Below, one piece after another: positions 53,134 through 64,000 of a DNA stretch of 64,000 nucleotides. The notes under the pieces are model-generated. The model worked only from the letters and a program-made list of their open reading frames with translations. It was not told the DNA's origin and ran no database searches. This DNA is from Haplodiscus bocki (lineage: Eukaryota), in assembly GCA_965655095.1 (NCBI GenBank), contig OZ296652.1, positions 24,428,001 through 24,492,000 of the forward strand, given 5' to 3'. A program made the position numbers and the translations under genes. The stretch's first letter is position 1. Each line of letters starts with the position of its first letter.

Positions 53134-56100
53134 TATGAAACAAATCCAACCAATATTTTATTGAATCAAAATCTTTCATTGTTTGGTTTCACCAGTAACC
53201 ACTGACCTGTGTTTTTCGCATTCACCATTGCGTTTTTCCAATTCCAGATCGTGCAGGTTTCTCGTTTTGATGGCTGAAGTTGTTACCCATCATGTTCGGC
53301 TACTGAGACAGCATCATATCGAGTATCGGACTCATGCTTGATCACAAGAAGTGGAATAAGTAGCTCCTGTTAGATTTAATGAAAACCGGAAGTCAGTCTC
53401 GTTGTTTTCCCACTCAACTTGGGTCCTGCGAAAAACTCAACTCTACCGGATGTCGTCTTTTAATGTACTAAGACCAATTTGCTCACTTTTGCGCTCCGTT
53501 GTGGCAATGTGAACCAACACATGGTGAATCGAGAACGAATGCAGGGTATTTGGTTCTATGAGACTACGCTTAACGACGCTCCCAGATAGTTATCGATTTT
53601 CATTTTTTATTGGATAGGTTGGGGAAATATCTCAATTAGTCTGTGATGTGGTCAGTTCACCGAAACAATGCTTTTCTTTAATCGTTCTTCCGCAGTTGTT
53701 TATGATTTCGGAGAAACTTATGTACTTTCCTGAAGTCGTACAATTGTTCACAACGTCCATTTTTGTCGAAACGCTTGTAGCTTCAATCGAATTTGTCGAA
53801 ACCAAATACACACAATGCTCTACCCAAAGCTCACGGCCCTACTCCGAGTAACTACAGCAATTCAGTTTCAGTTGCTTGATGCCCCCACGATTGAACGAGA
53901 ACGTGAATGGAGCTTTGGGTAGTAATTGCAGTAGGCGTTGACGAAGGTCAGGTTTTTGATGAATTTGCTTTTTTGTGAAAATATGGCCTGTCATATTGGC
54001 ATAGTTTTGATAGCAGCACTCTTGAGTGACCTGAAACTGAATGGCTTCAAGTAGATGCTGAGCCTTCTGTCAAAACCAGAGAGAATAGAACTGTTGAATT
54101 CTGTGTGTATTTCGTCTGGCGAAAAATGCAACTTCCAGCAAATGAAAGAACAAAGATCTACCTTTGAATACAATAGAAAAATAGTGAAAAAAGGTTTGTG
54201 CTTTATGTAAGAGGTCCTTCTTCAGTACCGAACAATCAAGATGCCCAAAATTTGAAGATGTTTGTTTTCAGGTTTGGGAGCATTTTGGAGTTTGTCGTTT
54301 GCCATATTTTCCTAAACGTTACTGAAAGACATCATACTAGCTAATAATCGTTCCAGTGGTATGATCCAGTCAAAAATTATGTCAGTCGAGCTTTTGAAAA
54401 ACTTGTGCCCACGCTTCTTCTTCATTCTTTGCTCGATCCTCTGTTTAATTTCATGAGAGTGCTTTCTTGATATTTCAACTTGAGCCTTGTCGAGGCGCTT
54501 TNNNNNNNNNNNNNNNNNNNNNNNNNNNNNNNNNNNNNNNNNNNNNNNNNNNNNNNNNNNNNNNNNNNNNNNNNNNNNNNNNNNNNNNNNNNNNNNNNNN
54601 NNNNNNNNNNNNNNNNNNNNNNNNNNNNNNNNNNNNNNNNNNNNNNNNNNNNNNNNNNNNNNNNNNNNNNNNNNNNNNNNNNNNNNNNNNNNNNNNNNNN
54701 NATGTTTGTTGTTGAACCTTGCTCAGCTAACAAGAAAGCGTCTCGACAACGCTCAAGTTGAAGTATCAAGAAAGCATTCTCATGAAATCAAGTAGAGGAT
54801 CGAGCAAAGAATGAAGAAGAAGCGTGGGCACAAAGTTTTTCAAAAGCTCGACTGAAATAATTTTTGACTGGATCATACCACTGGAACGATTATTAGCTAG
54901 TATGATGTCTTTCAGTAACGTTTAGGAAAATATGGCAAACGACAAACTCCAAAATGCTCCCAAACCTGAAAACAAACATCTTCAAATTTTGGGCATCTTG
55001 ATTGTTCGGTACTGAAGAAGGACCTCTTACATAAAGCACAAACCTTTTTTCACTTTTTTTCTATTGTATTCAAAGGTAGATCTTTGTTCTTTCATTTGCT
55101 GGAAGTTGCATTTTTCGCCAGACGAAAGACATTCAGCATTCAACAGTTCTAATCTCTCTGGTTTTGACCGAAGACCTCAGCATCTACTGGAAGCCATTCA
55201 GTTTCAGGTCACTCAAGAGTGCTGCTATCAAAACTATGCCAATTTGACAGGCCATATTTTCACAGAAATGCAAATTCAACAAAAACCTGACTTTCGTCAA
55301 CGCCTTCTGCAATTACTTATGAAACAAATCCAACCAATATTTTATTGAATCAAAATCTTTCATTGTTTGGTTTCACCAGTAACCACTGACCTGTGTTTTT
55401 CGCATTCACCATTGCGTTTTTCCAATTCCAGATCGTGCAGGTTTCTCGTTTTGATGGCTGAAGTTGTTACCCATCATGTTCGGCTACTGAGACAGCATCA
55501 TATCGAGTATCGGACTCATGCTTGATCACAAGAAGTGGAATAAGTAGCTCCTGTTAGATTTAATGAAAACCGGAAGTCAGTCTCGTTGTTTTCCCACTCA
55601 ACTTGGGTCCTGCGAAAAACTCAACTCTACCGGATGTCGTCTTTTAATGTACTAAGACCAATTTGCTCACTTTTGCGCTCCGTTGTGGCAATGTGAACCA
55701 ACACATGGTGAATCGAGAACGAATGCAGGGTATTTGGTTCTATGAGACTACGCTTAACGACGCTCCCAGATAGTTATCGATTTTCATTTTTTATTGGATA
55801 GGTTGGGGAAATATCTCAATTAGTCTGTGATGTGGTCAGTTCACCGAAACAATGCTTTTCTTTAATCGTTCTTCCGCAGTTGTTTATGATTTCGGAGAAA
55901 CTTATGTACTTTCCTGAAGTCGTACAATTGTTCACAACGTCCATTTTTGTCGAAACGCTTGTAGCTTCAATCGAATTTGTCGAAACCAAATACACACAAT
56001 GCTCTACCCAAAGCTCACGGCCCTACTCCGAGTAACTACAGCAATTCAGTTTCAGTTGCTTGATGCCCCCACGATTGAACGAGAACGTGAATGGAGCTTT

Positions 56101-56686
56101 GGGTAGTAATTGCAGTAGGCGTTGACGAAGGTCAGGTTTTTGATGAATTTGCTTTTTTGTGAAAATATGGCCTGTCATATTGGCATAGTTTTGATAGCAG
56201 CACTCTTGAGTGACCTGAAACTGAATGGCTTCAAGTAGATGCTGAGCCTTCTGTCAAAACCAGAGAGAATAGAACTGTTGAATTCTGTGTGTATTTCGTC
56301 TGGCGAAAAATGCAACTTCCAGCAAATGAAAGAACAAAGATCTACCTTTGAATACAATAGAAAAATAGTGAAAAAAGGTTTGTGCTTTATGTAAGAGGTC
56401 CTTCTTCAGTACCGAACAATCAAGATGCCCAAAATTTGAAGATGTTTGTTTTCAGGTTTGGGAGCATTTTGGAGTTTGTCGTTTGCCATATTTTCCTAAA
56501 CGTTACTGAAAGACATCATACTAGCTAATAATCGTTCCAGTGGTATGATCCAGTCAAAAATTATGTCAGTCGAGCTTTTGAAAAACTTTGTGCCCACGCT
56601 TCTTCTTCATTCTTTGCTCGATCCTCTGTTTAATTTCATGAGAGTGCTTTCTTGATATTTCAACTTGAGCCTTGTCGAGGCGCTTT
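52518..56686. repeat. Direct duplication (52,518-54,501 = 54,702-56,686) flanking the gap; likely an unmerged contig overlap
   Basis: Offset of 2184 bp, with identical ORFs at 52880/55064, 53648/55832 and 53991/56175. One 1-bp indel noticed. Both copies abut the N run. Confidence 0.9.
54502..54701. other. Assembly gap, 200 N
   Basis: A run of 200 N; the round number suggests scaffold padding. Confidence 0.99.
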
Positions 56687-59600
56687 GTTGTTAGCTGAGC
56701 AAGGTTCAGCAACAAACATGGCACACTATCGATCCTCAATCTGGCTCATCTTGTAAGGGTAATCTAAAAGAGTTTGGCATATCTACATGACAAAAAAACT
56801 TAAGACAAACCGTCGCTCTTTTCAACTTTGGTTAGTTGCCAAGTTTTTCCCACAGAACAGAAACCGTGAAGATGACAAAAAATGGCATTGAAACGCAGGT
56901 GATTTCAAGGAACCTCGATCATTTGAACTACGGGACACTTTTTGTATGCGTAAGCACCTACGCTTTACTATCGATTTACTTTCCAGACAACGAAGGCATC
57001 ACGGTTTAAAAGCAAGGAACAGTGATTGAAACTGAGTACAGCCTTTCAGATGTCTGGCATGAGAGGATCCGTTATGGCCAGAGTCTTGAAGTTTAGCTCG
57101 GTGAGGTCCACACAGAAAATGCTCATTTTGTTTCTGCCCAGTTGTAAAACCTACAGACATGAATCGAGAGTTACTGAAAAGCACAACCAGCAATTGCAGT
57201 GAGAAATTCCGTTATTGAGGCCTCATTTTACCCACTAAGTTCGAAGTGAAGTTTGGTTTTTTTCCAAAAAGTAGAATTTATGATCCTTAGTGTAAAAAGA
57301 CACTACAAGTTGCCCGAAAATTATTTCAAAAGGAAACAACAAATTGCCGAGCTACGTTACAACAAAAGCTTTTCTTTTCATAGAACACACCTACCATGAA
57401 GAAATTAGCAGAGCAGGATTAGGCTAAGTGAATTTTTACTTGTGGAAGACAGCTCATTCTTTTCATTAAGGTACTCTAGTTGAGAGGTTGGCAAAGAGCG
57501 TGGCAAACTAAGACTTATGAGATCGACTCGCTGCCTTGCCTAAAGTTTCAATCGCCCTTAGTTACCTTCTGAAGTACACTACCTTTTGAAGGTTTGAGGA
57601 GCTTTTCAGTTTAGAAAGCACTGCGGACTTCAACCCCTAAACAAAAGTAGGAAACCTCTTTTCCCTTGGTTTTGGAAGGCAAAAAGGAAACGGGAAAATG
57701 GAGGATACTCAATGTCCCAAGTGAGGCTTGGAAAATTGCTGACTGACGCATCCAGACAAATTTTCAATGCAAAATATCAATATGCAGCGTTTCAAATGGA
57801 GCGGAAGTTCTCATGATTGTGGTTTTATGTTTTGTCGAAGTCAATTTTTTTCATTTTTCATGCCGTTAATCGCTATTCAGCACCAAGAACTTCCGGTCTG
57901 CTCTTCATTTTGATGAGGTTTGATGTGGAAGATTGGAGGTGAAAGTAGAAACAGACGGAAAAACACATTGATAATTGAAAACTGATATGCTGACGATAAC
58001 TCTCGGGAAGTATTTTCAGTACTTTGTTTCATCGCATCAACAGTTTCACATTTTGAACTGACATTTGTGGATCCGTTAATTAAATTGAATATTTGAATCG
58101 TTTGATATCAAACTTGAAACAGTATGGATTAACTTTCAAAAGTTCAAACAGCGCTGTTTCGTCTTTTCCTTCAGATCAGGAGAACATTTCTTGTTAGTAT
58201 AATACTTTCTAGTTCCATCAAGTGATTCACTTACCAATAAAACATTAGCTTGTTTTTATGGCAACGGCATTGAATACCATTTTCATGCACCTAATTTTCG
58301 CACTGGAAAACTGTTGGGACTTTGATTGTTCATAAATGCGGGAAAAATTGCTTCGTATAAAGTTTGTCCAAATTTTTTGTCGTTTTCAAAGCTCAAAAAA
58401 AACCTTTTACTGAGCCTCATTACATTTGTATGGTACTTTGCTATGAATGTTGCCATGATTACAATGAGACATTGCCGAAAAACTCACGTATTACCGCAAA
58501 GTTGGAATCGATTTGGATCGGATTCCTGCTGTTGTGTTTTTGTATGCAAACCTCACTCCCTAAGTTTTATCGTTCGACGGTTAAAACTTTTGCGAGAACA
58601 GACTTGCGAAAGACAGTTAGTTGAGTAAAAAGTTCATTTTGTTGTTTGGAATCTTGTTCTCGATCTCGCACTGTTTTGCACATCAAATTTTCAGTGAATA
58701 ACGGGTGTCGACAACCACAATTTTTGATGTCTTAAAAAACAAAAGCACTTCTTCTATGATTCAGCAATTTGCAGTGAACTTTTCACTGTTTTCAAACAGG
58801 TTGTTCAATTGCTGAACAGTTGCACAATACGCGTTTTTACAGTTAGGAAACCTGAAACACATTTTTGATATGATTTTGCACAGAATGGACTTTTCAGAAA
58901 ATCTTGCTTTTATCACACGTGAAACTAACTTTGAATTGCTGTCACTGCACTGTTTCAACTCAATCGAGAATGCAGTACCTTTTTTCATTTATGTTTGGAT
59001 GCTTGAATGGACTTTTTCCACGTCAATTTTCCGGAACACGCAGTTTTTTTCAGAAATACCTCTTTTTCAAGTTCATGCCTAATTTACGTCCAGTTGTTTT
59101 CCCAACGTGGTTTTGCGACTCGCCCAAGACTTTACTTTATATCTTAAGTTGCATTCGCATGACTTTAACCAATTTTGCTTCAAACTGCGTGAGGTGCAGA
59201 CTTCTGAGAGACTTTGTGTAAAGTAGTGAGACTAACGTTAGTGATTCAAAACATGAGCTCACCCTGACTTGTACAACAAAAGTTTCATTTATTATAAACT
59301 GCAATTTCAGATGTGAGTTTGAAAATGATCCATTTCCAGGACTTTACTTTTCGGATTTCTTGGACTTGCGCTCAATTTTTTTCCAGTATGGTTTGTGGGC
59401 TCACTCAGACTTGTAGATCACTTGTTTACTTAAGGCCAGAGCTCTAGAGCAACATTTTCCAACGTGCAAAATAGGGGAATTTTCAGACAGACCTGTTTCC
59501 GTATTTCAAGAAACACCATTCATTGCTTTCATTATACATTTTCGCCTTTTGCAAGGCTGTACATCAAAAATTTAATTTACTTGAGACGACTAGAAGCACC

Positions 59601-61442
59601 CTTCTTTTCTGGGATTTTTCCAAAGCATGGAGTTTTCTGAAATGATTTTCGTTTTATGTATTATGAGGCTAAACGTCATTTGTTTTCCAATATGGCTATC
59701 GGGTTACCAGTACCTTTCACCTTGTACGTACTTGTTTTGTTGAAGCCGAAGGTGTATAAAAGTTTTTTGAGATGAATTATCGAATCACGGCAGCTTCAGA
59801 CAACTTTTTTGCTTTCCGCATTATAGTAGTAATGTTTAATTGCTTCCAATTTGCTTTTGGGCTTCCACAAGGCTATCCAATTGTTCAATATAATTCGGGG
59901 GAGTGAAGCTTCAATTTGTCAATGAGTTTGCAACAGCACGGCACTTTTAGAACGTGTTTTGGTTTTATATAATGTGATGGCAACGCTTGGTTGTTTTTCA
60001 ACAAAATTTTGGGCTCGTTAAGTCTAACGCTTGAAAAAATTTGTTGAATAGTTAAAAAGTCTAAAATCACGTTTTTGATGTGCATTGGAAGAAACAGTGA
60101 GGTTTCCAACAACCCTTTTGGTCATCGGCATTGAGGGTTGAGTTGGCTTTTCCAGAAGATGACTTGCTCCATAAGACTTGTATATCAAAAGTCTAGTTAC
60201 AGGTCCAGAACAACTCTTCCGACATGATTTTGCAAAGCAAGACTCTTTGGAGAGTTTTTTAAGTTTCTCGCTGTAGAATAGTATTGTTCAATTGCTCCCA
60301 ATGTATTTGGGATTTCCCAAATTATTACAATTTAAGTGTATTCCTGCTGGACTTTGAACCGTTTTGCAGTTTTTGGACTCGCCCACAAACATCTAACTAA
60401 GTTCGAAGTTGTAAAAGCAGTTTTTGATATGTTTGGGAAAGAACGGTTTTTTCGGAGTTTTTTGGATTGAGGCGTTGTGACACTTATTTGTCCTTCCAAT
60501 ATGTTTTTGGACTCACCCAAACTTATTCATGAAACAGTTGGATTGGTTGGGTTACCATAGTTCCAGTTGGAGTTCTTCAATTTTTTTGGGTTTTGAATGG
60601 TTTCACACTGTCATTTAATTGTTTTGCAGCATGAATTTTGGATTTGGTCAGTTATGCATCAAATGTTTAACTGAATTCAGAAATCCAGAACTGTCTCTTC
60701 TGATGTAAGTTTGCTAAACCACGGCTTTTCAGAATGTCTTTTGGTTTTTGGCATTGTAAAACTAACGTTCAAGTGTTGCCCATTGCTGTTTTGGACTCAT
60801 TCAGACTTTTGTTATTTTCAGCCTAAAGTTAAATATGGAAAGAAAATAATACACTCAAAAAGCTGAAATTGAAAGATTTTTACGTTTTCGCCAATTGATA
60901 ATGTCTGACTTGACGCTAATATCGGGGTGTGAGCTTGAAAATTTTTTGTCCGTAGAATGCGACTGAAAAAGTGCGATTTCTCAAAACGTGCCAAATTGGG
61001 GTTTTTTGGAAAAAAAGATGGTTTTTTCCCAAAACTTGTATAATTTCTGTCGATGTGGAAATTTTTGTCATATAATGGATGGCTCGCAAACAGATGTCAA
61101 ATTTATTCCGAGAAAAATTTGTAGAACTGTCAAATCTACGTGGAAAAGTTTGCATTGTCAACAAAATTTGACAGTTGGTTTATTTACTGTGTACTCAGTC
61201 AACAAAAATCAGTTTCGTTTAAAATTGTATTTTGAACTTTTTGACTTGGAATATTTTAGGTTTGGGAGTCAAAAATTGCATTTAACTGTCAAATCTAATT
61301 TAGGTTCGCTTCTGTGGTTTCACTTGTCATTAAGCTGTCAAAGAAGTCTTCTTGGTCAAAATACTGCAAAATTTTCTTATTTGTGCAAAAGCTGCAGGGG
61401 AGCCAAAATAGCACTAAACCCCCCACCCCTTACAATACTACT
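56105..61442 (-). repeat. Right inverted arm (~5.34 kb)
   Basis: Reverse complement of 47,801-53,133. Confidence 0.95.
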
Positions 61443-61448
61443 TCCATC
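61443..61448 (+). other. Right target-site duplication TCCATC
   Basis: ...ATACTACT|TCCATC|AATT matches ...AATCT|TCCATC|AGTAG on the left flank. Confidence 0.85.
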
Positions 61449-64000
61449 AATTAAAAAAATGGGCCCACTGTTTTCGATTCTCGTTTACAAGCTGTAGACA
61501 TATTGAGAAAATCAAGAAATGGCTTCTTTGGAAATCCACGGGTAAGTGAGAGACAAATATTGGAGTTTTCCAAAAAAAATTAACTGTTTGTTCGTAGCAG
61601 GGTGGTTTTCTTCAGCGGTTTTATAATTAGAAATCGCAATTTTCGCACCAAACTTACTTTTCAAGTGGTCCCTCATTGCCGAGGTCATAAAGTGTGGCAG
61701 GCCTAAACAACAACAATCCGGAAACGGCACAAGTCAACTCCTCCGGAATTGTCAAAGTACTGTACTATTAGGGGAAACCTTTGCTGTTTTGAATAGTTTG
61801 ATTTCAAGAAAAATCTTTCTGTACCAATGGGAAGTGCATTAAGCACGCCATTTTCCCACACCTTTCACGCAGCATTTTTGGGCAAAAAATTATTGACAGT
61901 CCCGAATTCTGTTGTTTTAATTTCTACAATGAAACGTACAAAGTCAAATCAGAACTTCTTTTTCCTCACGCGTTGCCAAATTTTAATTCAAATTGCTTTT
62001 CAAATGTATGACAAAAAATTTCGAAGATTGCTTTACATATTTTCGGACATTTCGACGAAAAATGCCAAAGGTATTCCACTATTGTCAAAATTACATAGTT
62101 TGTTTTGAAATAACATGTAGGCAAACAGAAAAAGAGCCGTCTAATCAATTGTCGGATTGACGTCTGATCGAATTTGGCGACTAATTTACCTGACGCAAAA
62201 ATCATACAGGGTAAGTTATCAAATATAGTAGATATTCGAGTAGCAGATATCATTTGATGTCCTCTGTCAATTCTAGGTTGAGAATATGAAAGTTTTCTAG
62301 ACTTGTTTGAGCAAAATTATGAAACTTTCACTTTCACTTTTTAACAAAGAGTCACCACTCGTCTTGACTGACAAGAAGAAATTTCTGAAAATTCTGTTGA
62401 AGTGTGAGCTTTATAGATGGGAGCAAGAAATCGGAGACCTTCTTGTCTTTTTAATTTATTATATCAACTCTATTAATGTTCGAAAAAGAGTATATAATTG
62501 AAAACATGCGTTAATGTCTAAAGTCAAAAACCGCATGAAAGTTCAAATAGTGAAACAAGTAAATTTGGAAGCAAAAAGCATGAATAAAATTTTGTTCATA
62601 GCGAAAACACGTTTAATATTTAAACCTCAATATCTACATATTGAGGTGATGGCCCAACTTCGATTTTATCTTTCGAATTATCACGCGCTATTAGCTTTAA
62701 GAAGCAAAGACTCATACGGTGCAATTTTTGCAGTGGCTACACAATTCAGCAGGCCTGTGTCCAATAGAGAATCTTTGGGATATCCCAAAGGACTACATTG
62801 AATCGAAAAGTCCGGAAAATATCAATGAAGTGCTATAGATGAGTTGAATAACCAAATTAAATATTATTTGTAGTCTAAAATTTAATCCATCTGTTGTTTT
62901 TTTACATCAACTCAAAACAATTGAGCCCTGAGAAAAATACATTAAAATGAGTCTCAATTTTCTGCCCCAACCTATCATGGCCCTTTTGAAGAATGAAATT
63001 TTTATAGGCAACGTTTTCTCTGGGAGACCAAATAACAGTGAAAAAACTGATAAAGTGTAGAAAAGAAAAAATCCTTGGTTTCTGCACAGCTAAATGTTCA
63101 GAAACAATATTTACGTGTTGTGAAAGAACATTTTGCTCCGAGTTTGCTATTTTTCATAACATCGGACATCAACATTTTCGAAACTAAACAATTGGCTGAG
63201 GAAATGATAATCTTGCCTCCAGAGGGGAGGGTACTTTCAACATCATGCTGTCTCATTCAAAAGATTGATAAATTGAACAGAATCCTTTCTAGCATCTCCC
63301 CAGCAAAGCAAATTACCCTCCCCCAAATTACAACGAACTGAGTCATAGCTTTCTGAATGAATAATTTGAATGAATAATGACTTCTTTATAATGGCATGAC
63401 TCACTTATCACAATTACATGAACTAATTTGTGACATTTTAGCATGATTCATAAAATGCGATTGAAAAAAGCATTGAAGTCAAATTTTTGTCAATATAATT
63501 GTTTGCAGAGAAATTATTCATTTGCAGAAGGTTAGGGGATACTGGAAAATAGCTTTCAAACATACCTCGCTATCGTACCTTTTTTCAGGCCAATGTCTTG
63601 ACATTGAGGATGCGAAGAAATACTGGTGAACAAATCGAACAAGTATAACTGATTTTTGAACCGGCCACGGTACTAACAAAACCACGGACTTTTTTGCAAG
63701 ACGGCCAGACCGCATTAAGAAAATCTAAGAACATTAGAATCCGGGAACAATGCGAGTTATGAACGGATCGGAAAAAAGTGCAGAAGCCTGCCACATTACA
63801 CTTGCTTGCGCAAGTGTGAAAAAGCACTTTTTAGAATGCAAAAATCTGTATGTACTTGTCAAAAGTCTCACAAAAAAACGTTTTTGAGCGTATACACAAG
63901 ACCACTAGGTTCTCAGATCTCTTCAAACATTGCACCTTTGAAACAAGATGATGAAAATGGGCAAACACCAGTTTCAAAATAGATTCTTCCTTTCAGTCAA

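Larger units (their letters stand above)
47801..61442. mobile_element. Giant palindromic (foldback) non-autonomous element with Polinton-type ends
   Basis: Left end AGTAGAATTGTAAGGGGTG; right end CACCCCTTACAATACTACT; flanking direct repeat TCCATC. Mirrored ORF pairs have a constant coordinate sum of ~109,240 (48076/61164, 50020/59221, 52048/57193). Confidence 0.85.

Noticed and set aside
54422-54795. ORFs spanning the N run
   Set aside because: Artefacts of translating through the gap.
47860-61497. Short ORFs in the palindrome arms as genes
   Set aside because: No recognisable domains. Their apparent conservation merely reflects arm identity.
62900-63830. Faint Tc1-like (VVIWG) and Cys-rich peptide fragments
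   Set aside because: No DDE motifs, TIRs or collinear support; indistinguishable from chance.

Overview
AT-rich, repeat-dominated eukaryotic DNA. I found no intact recognisable gene, rRNA, tRNA or CRISPR array. (1) Positions 1-~30,145 are a macrosatellite: 12 units plus a partial one, ~2.57-2.59 kb each, with two 1.8-kb deleted units. Each unit holds about five degenerate minus-strand ORFs. The array runs directly into the rest of a decayed Polinton/Maverick (adintovirus-like) element, which has more decayed ORFs, a ~4.3-kb protein-primed PolB pseudogene (~32,860-37,159) and subterminal short repeats. The satellite therefore appears to be an internal element segment amplified in place. (2) Positions ~38-47.8 kb are old decayed repeat DNA, including a second, rearranged pPolB fragment and a ~178-bp degenerate tandem repeat. 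(3) Positions 47,801-61,442 are a giant palindrome with ~5.3-kb inverted arms, AGTAG...CTACT termini and a TCCATC direct repeat on both flanks. This matches the Polinton insertion signature, yet the element carries no recognisable Polinton gene. Its centre has a ~1,985-bp direct duplication around a 200-N gap, probably an assembly artefact. Family assignments come from motif recognition by eye, not database searches.
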